Assembly (NCBI GenBank): GCA_963829115.1
Contig: CAWHHG010000002.1
Span: 1,051,233-1,083,232 of the forward strand
DNA from: an uncultured Chitinophagaceae bacterium
GTDB lineage: Bacteria > Bacteroidota > Bacteroidia > Chitinophagales > Chitinophagaceae
Direction: 5' to 3'
Length of the DNA stretch: 32,000 nucleotides
Shown here: one piece after another, positions 18,466 through 27,064 of the stretch
Numbering within the stretch: the first letter of the stretch is position 1
How the letters are laid out: each line of letters starts with the position of its first letter
Program-made: the position numbers and the translations under genes
The notes under the pieces: model-generated
The model's input: only the letters and a program-made list of their open reading frames with translations
The model's database searches: none
Told to the model about the DNA's origin: nothing

Positions 18466-19221
18466 CTAGCTGTTAAGTATCTTCGATTTTACTATATATT
18501 TTTTTGTAGGGTGATATATAAAAAAGCAGGAGCCGTCTTTAATGGTCTCAATGATGGCATCCGATTCAGCTGATGGAACAGCCGGGCAGCCAAAGCTCCT
18601 TCCATTGAAAGGATTTCCATTTAGATAGTCGTCTCCGACATAATCCGATCCATGTACTACGATTGCGCGTCCATTGGCCCTGTCATTGAATCCTCTTTCG
18701 AGGCCATGAATCTTTAGTGAAAGCCCATGATCGCCGAAATACGTGTTCTCCGTAACGTAAAATCCCAGGCTGCTTTTATGCGAACGGTTACTATTGGAGA
18801 ATGTATTTGCAAACTCAGTTCCTGAGTTCCGGCCATGTGCAACATAAGTATTGATCAGTATGCGCTTTTGTTCGAGGTCGAGCACATACAATCTTTTGTT
18901 ACGTGATGACTGGCTGAAATCGCAAATGGTCAGGATATTATTTCTGCTCACGACACGGTGTTCGACCAGATATAGATAACCTTTATAAGCATATTCAAAT
19001 GCTTTTTTGGAAAGTCCATACTGTTCGAGATCTATTTGTTCGTAGAGGGCAGAAGCTTCTTCTTCAAAAGCTGCATTATTAGCATTGTTATGGGAAGAAG
19101 ATTTGGCAGTAAAATGAATACTGTGCTTTACTCTCGGACCTGATCCTGCCTTGAGATCGGTGGCCGGTAGTGAGAATACGAGCAAAGCAACTACGGGTAC
19201 TGGATTAAATATGCTACGCAT
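18466..19221 (-). CDS. L,D-transpeptidase catalytic-domain family protein (YkuD_2 type)
   Basis: 251 aa with a signal peptide. RLYVLDL...YVAHGRNSG, SSLGFYVT, IVVHG..YV and GRSFGCPAV (catalytic Cys). Confidence 0.8.
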   Translation of the reverse strand: MRSIFNPVPVVALLVFSLPATDLKAGSGPRVKHSIHFTAKSSSHNNANNAAFEEEASALYEQIDLEQYGLSKKAFEYAYKGYLYLVEHRVVSRNNILTICDFSQSSRNKRLYVLDLEQKRILINTYVAHGRNSGTEFANTFSNSNRSHKSSLGFYVTENTYFGDHGLSLKIHGLERGFNDRANGRAIVVHGSDYVGDDYLNGNPFNGRSFGCPAVPSAESDAIIETIKDGSCFFIYHPTKKYIVKSKILNS

Positions 19222-19237
19222 ACATTAGGGGTTTTTC

Positions 19238-19321
19238 AAAAAAATTGCTTTTTCTAATAGGGTCAATAGCTAAAATATTACGCACGGAGCACATCTGCAA
19301 GACCCAGAAAGCAATTTTTTT
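19238..19321. repeat. Perfect 14-bp inverted repeat with a 56-nt spacer in the ldt 5' region
   Basis: AAAAAAATTGCTTT (19238-19251) is the exact reverse complement of AAAGCAATTTTTTT (19308-19321). An inner GGGTC/GACCC pair lies within the spacer. Confidence 0.7.
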
Positions 19322-19480
19322 ATTGTGTGAAAAAATTAATTATTTGCGAAGGTAAATGATTTTTTCCCTCGTAATTCTCCTAGTAATCTTACCCTTATAG
19401 GCGGCAATTAATTATCAGTGGGTTAGTTTGCCTGGACGGGTATTTTTCTAAGATATTTAACAAAAGGTCGTGGATTGATA

Positions 19481-20518
19481 CTAAGTTAGTTTATTTCCGC
19501 TGAATTCCTTCACATAAATTTTTATCAGCAAAATAAACAGGGAGATAAGGATGGGGCCGAAAACCAATCCAATAAAGCCAAACAGGTTGAGCCCAAGGAT
19601 AACTCCAAATGCTGTAATAAGAGGATGAACGTCCCCTATCTTTCTCTGCAGCCAGAACCGGAAAATGCTATCGACTGTGCTCACAATACCAAAACCATAA
19701 GCAAGCATGAGAAGTCCTTTTAGCGTGGAGCCTTCTGCAAAAAACAGAATCCCTACAGGCACATAGGCGAACCCTGCGCCCAATACAGGCAACATGGAAG
19801 CTATGCATGTTATAATAAACCAGAACATGGGCTCTTTTACCCCCAAAACAAAATAAGCAGGCAGCGCAATGAGTCCCTGGAAAATGGCAATGAGCGGAAT
19901 ACCCACTGCATTTGAGAAAACCAGGGCATTCGTTTCGTGCCTAAGTATCCGAACATTCTCTGATTTCATAGGGAGCCAATCTACCAGGGCATTCTCCATT
20001 TCCTTGCCATTGATCAACATGAAATACAAAATCAAATAAGTAAAAATGATGGTGACGATCGTATTGAACGTAGCGCCAACAATGGTTTGAATCGTCTCGC
20101 TACTCCAAGAGGTTAATTGTTGAAGGTTGTTCTGGGAAATAAGCGCAATATTATATTTGACTTCGAAGGAGTGAATAAAGTTTTCCAGGGTCTGCAACAC
20201 ATTGGAAGAATGCTGAACGGCAAAGTTGATTTTAGATGACATCATATTGATGAACATCGCAATCGGAAGCAAAATGACGACAAAGGAAAGCAGCATCAAT
20301 ACGGCTGCGGCCAGGGCCCTTTTCCATTTGTACCTGCCTGTGAGAATAAACATCGGCTTCTTAAGCAGCACAAAAAGTGTATAAGATCCAAGCAGGGAAG
20401 GAATGAATGAATGAAGTTGAGAAAACAGAACGAGTCCCAACAGGAAAATAAAGAGCAGGAGCAAAACCTGCCGGATGACATTGTTAGAAATATTACTCAG
20501 CATCAATGGAAAGTTCAT
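19481..20518 (-). CDS. AI-2E family transporter (PerM/UPF0118)
   Basis: 345 aa, about 8 TM helices. The layout and C-terminal half (VPLIAIFQG...PVLGAGFAYVPVGI...) are typical of the family. Confidence 0.75.
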   Translation of the reverse strand: MNFPLMLSNISNNVIRQVLLLLFIFLLGLVLFSQLHSFIPSLLGSYTLFVLLKKPMFILTGRYKWKRALAAAVLMLLSFVVILLPIAMFINMMSSKINFAVQHSSNVLQTLENFIHSFEVKYNIALISQNNLQQLTSWSSETIQTIVGATFNTIVTIIFTYLILYFMLINGKEMENALVDWLPMKSENVRILRHETNALVFSNAVGIPLIAIFQGLIALPAYFVLGVKEPMFWFIITCIASMLPVLGAGFAYVPVGILFFAEGSTLKGLLMLAYGFGIVSTVDSIFRFWLQRKIGDVHPLITAFGVILGLNLFGFIGLVFGPILISLFILLIKIYVKEFSGNKLT

Positions 20519-20592
20519 CTAAAAATAACCAATTGCCCTTAAACTCTTTTAACTTAGTCAACAAAACCAGGCTTCACTCATCACTATAAACT

Positions 20593-21096
20593 GTGGCAAA
20601 AACAATTCTACTGATACGTCACGCCAAAAGCAGTTGGGAAAATCCTGGTATGTCCGATTTCGACCGGCCGCTCAATGAAAGGGGCAGGAAAGATGCGCCG
20701 GAAATGGCCAGACGACTGATCAAAAAATCCTATGGCATTGATTTTTTCGTTTCCAGTCCGGCGAAAAGAGCGAAGAAGACTGCTGAATTGTTCATGAAGG
20801 AATTTGGAGCAAATGAGAAAAAGATCCTGTTTATGCCAGCGCTATACCATGCCACGCCAAGGGATTTTGAAGAAGCGATTGCTTCACTGGACAATCGATT
20901 CGGCAGGGTAGCGATTTTTTCCCATAACCCCGGAATCTCCGAATTTGCAAATTCACTAACAGATGTTCACGTCGATGATATGCCAACCTGTGGCATATTC
21001 GGACTAAGCATGGCTTCCGATTCATGGAAAGCATTCCGTCAGGCTGAAAAAACCTTTCTATTTTTCGATTACCCGAAAGCCAATCGCACAGAATGA
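20593..21096 (+). CDS. Histidine phosphatase family protein (SixA-like)
   Basis: 167 aa with a GTG start. LLIRHAKSSW (RHG-type motif), SSPAKRAKKTAE, and a SHNPG second-histidine region. Confidence 0.75.
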   Translation: MAKTILLIRHAKSSWENPGMSDFDRPLNERGRKDAPEMARRLIKKSYGIDFFVSSPAKRAKKTAELFMKEFGANEKKILFMPALYHATPRDFEEAIASLDNRFGRVAIFSHNPGISEFANSLTDVHVDDMPTCGIFGLSMASDSWKAFRQAEKTFLFFDYPKANRTE

Positions 21097-21109
21097 TTGG
21101 CCGAGTCCA

Positions 21110-22201
21110 TCAGGATCGGCAATTAACAACTAAATCTGAGATGGCAGCGTGCAAGAGAGAATGATCTTCCTGTTTGTACAAAGCATATTGAAATTCTTCT
21201 GCCTGCTTCAAAGCAGAATGAATAGTAAACCTGCTTTGAGCCACACAGAGCGCCAATTTTTTTTCGTGCATCCTTTGGGCAAGATATTCCTGCTCAGCCT
21301 GGCCCGGTGTGGGAATCAGAATGGATTTTTTTCTCAGGCGCATAAGGTCCATGATAGAACTGTAACCAGACCTGCAGATGACAATAGCAGATTCACAGAT
21401 CAGCTTGTTCAACATAGCGGATTGAAGATGGTTATGAATGGAAATATGTTTTTCTGCAATGGGCATTGGGCTTTCCAAAGGAAGTCCACGGACAAGGATG
21501 ACATTTGATCTGTAATTCTTGCATTCACTCAAAACCTGTTTCTCCAGGATGCTACGCTGGGGCTCAGGGCCAGAAAGCAGAATTAAAACCTGATCCCTGA
21601 CTGCTTCTTTGCAAGGCGCAAATCTTGAAAGGGGGCCGATAAATAGGGTATCCATGACCGGAAGAATCGCAGGGTGGTCTAATTCGCCTGCAAGAGAACA
21701 ATTGCCGTCAGTATCCGGAATCCAGCATACACTAAAGCGGCGAATTTTTCGATGGTTCCATTTCTCCACCAATTGGTCAAAAAATGGCCCCATTCCCGTT
21801 TTGATATGGAGTTGATGAGTGAGGAAGACCGATCGTAAGCCGGGTGCACATAGGCCATAACGATTGTCGGAGATGATGGCGTCGGGATTTTCCCTGGCAA
21901 TCATTTCAGATAGCCATAAACGCTCATTGCGGATTCTCAGGACGATTTTTGGAATTTGCATTCCAATCCGGAGCCTGGTGAGCCAGCCATTCCGGCCATA
22001 TCGAAGATGATACCCTGGCAGGTCAAGCACCCGAAGCATGGGGAATTCCGCCGTCAGAATGGCCTTTTGGGAGCCTTCTGCAGCTATCAATACTTCACAG
22101 GAGGACCTAATTAGTTCGTATATGATTGGTATACACCTTGTTGCATGGCCAAGCCCCCAATCCAGGGGCGCTACAATGATTTTGGGAATTTTTGGAACCA
22201 T
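21110..22201 (-). CDS. GT-B glycosyltransferase (Glyco_trans_1_3 / MurG-like)
   Basis: 363 aa. The N-terminal APLDWGLGHATRCIPII and the C-terminal GYSSIMD...PTPGQAEQEYLA are typical of this uncharacterised GT28-like family. Confidence 0.7.
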   Translation of the reverse strand: MVPKIPKIIVAPLDWGLGHATRCIPIIYELIRSSCEVLIAAEGSQKAILTAEFPMLRVLDLPGYHLRYGRNGWLTRLRIGMQIPKIVLRIRNERLWLSEMIARENPDAIISDNRYGLCAPGLRSVFLTHQLHIKTGMGPFFDQLVEKWNHRKIRRFSVCWIPDTDGNCSLAGELDHPAILPVMDTLFIGPLSRFAPCKEAVRDQVLILLSGPEPQRSILEKQVLSECKNYRSNVILVRGLPLESPMPIAEKHISIHNHLQSAMLNKLICESAIVICRSGYSSIMDLMRLRKKSILIPTPGQAEQEYLAQRMHEKKLALCVAQSRFTIHSALKQAEEFQYALYKQEDHSLLHAAISDLVVNCRS

Positions 22202-22278
22202 TGTTAATTTTCCCCTTTAATGTTAAATCAGGAATACTATTTGATGTACAAAATAGTTAAATTAGTAGGACAAAACCC

Positions 22279-22422
22279 ATGAAAACCAGGAATCAGCTAT
22301 TGATTTTATTGTTCGCCACAATTTGCATGACTTTTCTTTCATGCAGCTCCGGTAATCACATTGGGGGCAGCAGTAAGAATTGCGGCTGTGGTACCAACAA
22401 GGGTATGGTTGGATATAAATAA
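22279..22422 (+). CDS. Small (47 aa) putative lipoprotein
   Basis: Below the ORF-track cutoff. MKTRNQLLILLFATICMTFLSC-SSGNHIGGSSKNCGCGTNKGMVGYK has a basic N-terminus, a hydrophobic core and a lipobox-like LSC. Confidence 0.4.
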   Translation: MKTRNQLLILLFATICMTFLSCSSGNHIGGSSKNCGCGTNKGMVGYK

Positions 22423-22450
22423 GCGCATTGCGCCGCTAAAATCTAATTGC

Positions 22451-22699
22451 ATGAAAACGTCTAACAGAGATTTGCTTGTCTTAATGAGAAACGAATATTC
22501 GAGCGAGCATTTTATGGAGCAGGAAGTAGAGCAGCTGAATGATTTGCTTTTCCACTATGAAACCCTCGCTAATTTTTGCATCGCCCACGAAGTTTTTGAT
22601 TTAAACAAGTACAAGATCCTTCGCAAGCAGGAGGCCGTTCAGCAAATCGCAAGACAAAGAGAACTCAAGCCCTTCCAATTTATTTTCAACAAGAATTAA
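22451..22699 (+). CDS. Hypothetical protein (82 aa)
   Basis: Internal ATG of ORF 22361-22699 (MKTSNRDLLVLMRNEY...). The upstream part of that ORF overlaps the lipoprotein ORF. No family recognised. Confidence 0.4.
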   Translation: MKTSNRDLLVLMRNEYSSEHFMEQEVEQLNDLLFHYETLANFCIAHEVFDLNKYKILRKQEAVQQIARQRELKPFQFIFNKN

Positions 22700-22708
22700 T
22701 TTCTCCGC

Positions 22709-23824
22709 TTAGCTGTTCAGCATCAGAGGCATCACCAGCATCAGCAATTCTTCATTTTCTTCTTTTTCGACCGGCTTGATGATTCCAGCCTTCGTTGGTG
22801 TTGACAATTCAATCTTTATTTCCTCCGAGTCCGTCGTGCTAAGCATCTCAATCAGGAATTTAGCATTGAATGCAATGGCAAGGTCTTCCCCGTCGTACTG
22901 GCATTTCATTCTTTCAGTTCCTTCAAAGGAAAAATCTACGTCCTGCGCTGCGAGTTGTAATTCGCTGCCATGAATAGTTAGCACCACCTGGTTTGTGCTC
23001 TTATTACTAAAAATACTTACTCTGCGCAGTGCACCCTGGAAATCATTTCTGTTGAGCGTTAATTTATAAGGGTTATCTGTGGGGATTACGACTTTGTAGT
23101 CCGGAAACCTCGCGTCTATAAGACGGCAGCTCATTTGTGTAGTCCCATGTTGTACAAAAAGATGATTGCTGTTGTAACTTATTTTGATTTCATCCTCATT
23201 GGCATGGAGTGCAGCTTTCAGAAGATTTAAAGGTTTTTTCGGCACGATCAGGGAATCATTCTGCGGGCATTTGACATCGGATCTTTTATAACGTACCAGC
23301 CTATGTGCATCTGTAGCTACAAACTGCCAACCCTTTTTATCCATTTCAAAATAAACTCCGGTCATGGCAGGACGAAGATCGTCGCTGCTGACTGCAAATA
23401 ATGTTTTGTTGATTGCCGTAACAAGAACAGAGGAGGTCGTTGTAAATGAAGTCGTATCATCAGCAACAGGTTCTTTAGGAAAATTATCGGGATTTTCGCC
23501 CATCACCTTATATTTTCCATTGTCTGAGGTAATCTCTACCGCAAAATGCTTGTCAATATTGAAGGTCAGGGGTTGGTCTGAAATATTCTTTAACGAGTCC
23601 ATCAGGATTCTGGCAGGGATACAAACTTTTCCATTGTCTTTTGCTTCCACTTCCACCTGTACTTTCATGACCGTTTCGAGGTCAGTGGCAACCACCGTCA
23701 ATTTTCCTTTCTCCACTTCAAACAAAAAATCCTCCAGGATAGGCAGCACCGTGTTTGCATTAATAACTCCACTGATTTGTTGCAATTGTTTCAATAAGGC
23801 CGAGGAGGAAACGATGAACTTCAT
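22709..23824 (-). CDS. dnaN: DNA polymerase III beta subunit (sliding clamp)
   Basis: 371 aa. MKFIVSSSALLKQLQQISGVI..NTVLPILEDFLFEV, three-domain length, and a C-terminal LMLVMPLML. Confidence 0.95.
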   Translation of the reverse strand: MKFIVSSSALLKQLQQISGVINANTVLPILEDFLFEVEKGKLTVVATDLETVMKVQVEVEAKDNGKVCIPARILMDSLKNISDQPLTFNIDKHFAVEITSDNGKYKVMGENPDNFPKEPVADDTTSFTTTSSVLVTAINKTLFAVSSDDLRPAMTGVYFEMDKKGWQFVATDAHRLVRYKRSDVKCPQNDSLIVPKKPLNLLKAALHANEDEIKISYNSNHLFVQHGTTQMSCRLIDARFPDYKVVIPTDNPYKLTLNRNDFQGALRRVSIFSNKSTNQVVLTIHGSELQLAAQDVDFSFEGTERMKCQYDGEDLAIAFNAKFLIEMLSTTDSEEIKIELSTPTKAGIIKPVEKEENEELLMLVMPLMLNS

Positions 23825-24071
23825 GAATTGGTCTTTCGGCGAAACTACTGATTTTTAGCTAATGGCCAATAGATAACTAAGGGCTCGGAATCAACGGTTT
23901 CTAAGTGTTAATTTCCTGTGATTAAAATTCATTTTGATTCAACTGCAGGGAAAGTACAGCAATGAAATACTGAATAAGATCATCCTTAGGGCTGGTAACT
24001 AGATCCGTCTAATGCACGGAGCGCGCCCCTGAACAAAAGCATCCGAAGCCTGCTGGCTCCAAAGAATCGGC

Positions 24072-24520
24072 ATGCCAAAAAAATCAAAAGACATTGCAAA
24101 TACCAGGAGCGCTCCTTTAGCGAAGGAGCGGAAAGGCTTAATTCTATGGGATGGTGTAAGAAAAATCTGGAATTGGTGACCTCGCAACTCAACGAGGAAA
24201 ATCAACTGAACGAAGCGCGCCAGGTGAAACAATTTGCCCTTGGGAAATTCAGGATAAAGCCAGGGGGCGCTCAAAAATCAGGTTTAAACTAAAGCAGAGA
24301 ATGGTGAGCGAATATTGCATCCGGAAGACCCTGGATGAAATTGATGAAGCTTCGTATACTAACCCCTTCCAAAAACTGGCGGAGAGAAAACAAAAAAGAT
24401 TGCACGCAGAAAAAATATATTCATCGGGAAAAGAAGATCCAGGATTGCCTCCTGCAGTAAGTCAATGAACAGGAAGGAATACACGCTTTCCTGAAGCAAC
24501 CCTCAGTTCAAACTGTAAGC
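24072..24520 (+). pseudogene. recX: Decayed recX (RecA regulator) remnant with three frameshifts and a premature stop
   Basis: Three frame segments together read like RecX. Segment 1: ..KKIKRHCKYQERSFSE..RL.SMGW...LELVTSQLNEENQLNEARQVKQFALGKFRIKPGG. Segment 2: RSKIRFKLKQRMVSEYCIRKTLDEIDEASY..QKLAERKQKRLHAE. Segment 3: KKYIHREKKIQDCLLQ-TAA. The frame shifts coincide with A7 (24077-24083), G5 (24263-24267) and A6 (24410-24415). Confidence 0.55.
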
Positions 24521-24592
24521 AACCTGATTTTCTTCTTTCAAAATGAATCTTTTCCAACAAACCGCTAACTTTAACTCCTTCAATCTTTCAAT

Positions 24593-25393
24593 ATGTCCAC
24601 GCTCAAGATTTCAGCTATCCAGGCAGACCTGGAATGGCAGAATAAATCCGTAAATCTGCAGCGGTTCAGCGAAAAAATTTCTGCATTAAAAGGCAAAACG
24701 GAAATCGCCGTCCTGCCTGAAATGTTCAGTACAGGGTTCAATACCGATCCGGAAGGCCTGGCTGAGCAAATGGATGGAGCGACGGTGCATTGGATGAAAT
24801 CACAGGCGGCCAGCAACAGGATCATTCTGACCGGAAGCCTGATCATTGAAGAAGGAGGCAACTATTTTAACCGCTTGTTGTGGATTCTGCCGGATGGCCA
24901 GATGGGTATTTATGATAAACGGCATTTGTTTGCATTTGCCGGCGAGGATGAAAAATATGCGTCCGGCAAACAAAGATTGATTGCCTCAGTGAACGGATGG
25001 AAGATTAATCTCCTGGTTTGCTACGACCTTCGCTTTCCGGTTTGGGCAAGGCAGTCTGTTGCTGAAAATAGATCAAAGGATTTGGAATATGATGTGCTCA
25101 TTTATGTTGCCAATTGGCCCGACAAGCGAAGCCATGCCTGGAGGACGCTTCTGCAGGCGAGGTCTATCGAGAATCAGTGCTATACCGTCGGTGTAAACAG
25201 GGTGGGCAAAGATGCGAAGGGCCTGCAATACAATGGCGACTCCATGGTGGTGGATCCCATGGGAGAAGTTCTCTATCAAAGTTCCGCGAAAGAAGAAGTA
25301 TTCACCTGTGAATTGGACAGTGAAAAGCTGGAGCAGATCCGGTCAAAATTGCCCTTCTGGAAAGACCGCGACCCATTTCATATCGAGACTTAG
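24593..25393 (+). CDS. yafV: Nitrilase-superfamily amidohydrolase, omega-amidase YafV-like
   Basis: 266 aa. ISAIQADLEWQNK, LPEMFSTGF (catalytic Glu), YDKRHLF (Lys) and LLVCYDLRFPVW (Cys). Confidence 0.75.
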   Translation: MSTLKISAIQADLEWQNKSVNLQRFSEKISALKGKTEIAVLPEMFSTGFNTDPEGLAEQMDGATVHWMKSQAASNRIILTGSLIIEEGGNYFNRLLWILPDGQMGIYDKRHLFAFAGEDEKYASGKQRLIASVNGWKINLLVCYDLRFPVWARQSVAENRSKDLEYDVLIYVANWPDKRSHAWRTLLQARSIENQCYTVGVNRVGKDAKGLQYNGDSMVVDPMGEVLYQSSAKEEVFTCELDSEKLEQIRSKLPFWKDRDPFHIET

Positions 25394-25400
25394 CCATATT

Positions 25401-26510
25401 ATGAACAATGCATTTAAAGCAAAGCAGATTTTTGACGGAACAGCGATCCGAAACAATATTGCTATCCTTGTCGAGGATGGAAAAGTAAAGTCGCTTGTGT
25501 CGGCCGATGAAATACCAGGCAATTTCCTTGTGAGGGATTTTAAAGATCATTTGCTTGCCCCGGCTTTTATTGATCTCCAGATTTATGGCGGCAATGGGAA
25601 ATTATTCTCTTCCGAACTGACTACCGAATCATTGGAGGCGACTTATGAATATTGCCTGCAGGGCGGCTGTACAAAGTTCATGATTACCATGGCCACAAAT
25701 TCCATTGAAAAATTCATTCGCGGAATCGAAACGGTAAAGAAGTACTGGAATGGTGCAGGAAAGGGCCTCCTGGGGCTCCATCTCGAAGGCCCCTATATCA
25801 ACCCGCAAAAAAAAGGTGCGCATATTGAAAAATATATCAAGAAACCGGAGATCAAAGAACTGCGCATGCTCCTGGAAAAGGGAAAAGGCATTATTAAGAT
25901 GATCACCATTGCGCCCGAGCAATGTGAAGATGAAATCATCCAACTCTTGCTTCAAAACAAACTGTTGGTATCCGCCGGACATAGTAATGCGACTTATCAG
26001 CAGGCGATGAAAGGCTTCGCATTGGGCATTCCAGCGGCTACCCATCTTTTCAATGCCATGTCGCCTCTGCAGGGGCGTGAACCCGGCATGGTCGGCGCCA
26101 TTTATGATGAAGGAAAAGTTGTCAGCAGCGTTGTCTGCGACGGCATTCATGTTGACTTTGCTTCTGTAAGAATCAGCAAAAAAGTCCTGGGTCACCGTTT
26201 GTTCTTTATAACGGATGCCGTAGCCGAAATCCTGCACGGCGAATACCAGCATCTTTTGAAGACAGACAGATATACTTTGCCAGATGGAACACTTTCCGGT
26301 TCGTCCCTGACCATGCTTCAATGCGTAAAAAACGGGGTAGAGAAAGTAGGACTGGATTTGCCCGAAGCCCTGCGTATGGCTTCCCTCTATCCTGCGCGAC
26401 TGGCCGGTCTTGATAAGAAAATGGGATCTATTGAGCCTGGAGTAAATGCGGATTTTGTTTTGCTCGATGATCAGCTCGCATTGCAACAGGTTGTAGTGGA
26501 TGGCGAATGA
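25401..26510 (+). CDS. nagA: N-acetylglucosamine-6-phosphate deacetylase
   Basis: The ORF opens at 25212 inside yafV, but the family N-terminus is MNNAFKAKQIFDG (ATG 25401). FIDLQIYGGNG, HLEGPYI, AGHSNATY, THLFNAM, DGIH and ITDA are present. Confidence 0.9.
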   Translation: MNNAFKAKQIFDGTAIRNNIAILVEDGKVKSLVSADEIPGNFLVRDFKDHLLAPAFIDLQIYGGNGKLFSSELTTESLEATYEYCLQGGCTKFMITMATNSIEKFIRGIETVKKYWNGAGKGLLGLHLEGPYINPQKKGAHIEKYIKKPEIKELRMLLEKGKGIIKMITIAPEQCEDEIIQLLLQNKLLVSAGHSNATYQQAMKGFALGIPAATHLFNAMSPLQGREPGMVGAIYDEGKVVSSVVCDGIHVDFASVRISKKVLGHRLFFITDAVAEILHGEYQHLLKTDRYTLPDGTLSGSSLTMLQCVKNGVEKVGLDLPEALRMASLYPARLAGLDKKMGSIEPGVNADFVLLDDQLALQQVVVDGE

Positions 26511-26514
26511 GCAT

Positions 26515-27024
26515 TCAGTGTTTCCCTCCGGAACCGGAAAGCGTCAGTATTTTTTGAAACAGGTAATTTTCACTTCCGCTTTCATATCCCGATTGCTGAT
26601 ATACCAGTTTTCCATTCTTGATGATCATCGATTCGGGAAGATTATTTGCATCCAGCGCTTTTCTCAGATCTCCCTTGATATCCGTGTATACGTCAAAAGT
26701 CCATTCATTCATATTTACCATGGGCCTGACCTTGCTTAAGGCCTTGCCTTCATCGATCGAAACAATCATCAGCCTAAAATTCACCGCAGATTGCCAGCGC
26801 TCATAGTTGGTATTAATGGCATTCAATGCAGTGATACTCGGCTCAGAATTCGTTGCCCAAAAACAAATTAATACCAGCGAATCCTTTTGAGTGATAGTTG
26901 AATACGACTGGATTTTCCCGTGCAGGTTTCTAAGTTGAGCAGATTCCAGTGCCGGTTGGGCCCTTAGATAAAACCCCAATGCAAGGCATAACAGGATGCC
27001 TACCCATCGCTTTGACCAGTGCAT
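26515..27024 (-). CDS. TlpA/ResA-like thioredoxin-fold protein with both active-site cysteines replaced
   Basis: Signal-bearing start MHWSKRWVGILLCLALG (ATG 27024; the ORF extends to 27051). LVLICFWATNSEPSITAL replaces FWATWCxPC. IVSID, WTFDVY.D and LPESMII keep the fold pattern. Confidence 0.7.
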   Translation of the reverse strand: MHWSKRWVGILLCLALGFYLRAQPALESAQLRNLHGKIQSYSTITQKDSLVLICFWATNSEPSITALNAINTNYERWQSAVNFRLMIVSIDEGKALSKVRPMVNMNEWTFDVYTDIKGDLRKALDANNLPESMIIKNGKLVYQQSGYESGSENYLFQKILTLSGSGGKH

Positions 27025-27064
27025 GAAGCAAATTATTTTACGATGCCTCACAAATTTGATGAAT

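Noticed and set aside
23986-24274. 68-aa and 91-aa minus-strand ORFs in the dnaN/yafV gap
   Set aside because: They are antisense to the RecX-like remnant, have no family resemblance, and are best explained as chance frames in decaying sequence.
25212-25400. Upstream in-frame extension of the nagA ORF overlapping the yafV-like gene
   Set aside because: The extension is just a stop-free alternative frame of the amidase gene. The NagA-family N-terminus begins at ATG 25401, 7 nt after the amidase stop.
25629-26486. 285-aa ORF antisense to nagA
   Set aside because: The opposite strand carries all NagA signature motifs. The antisense translation has no family resemblance.
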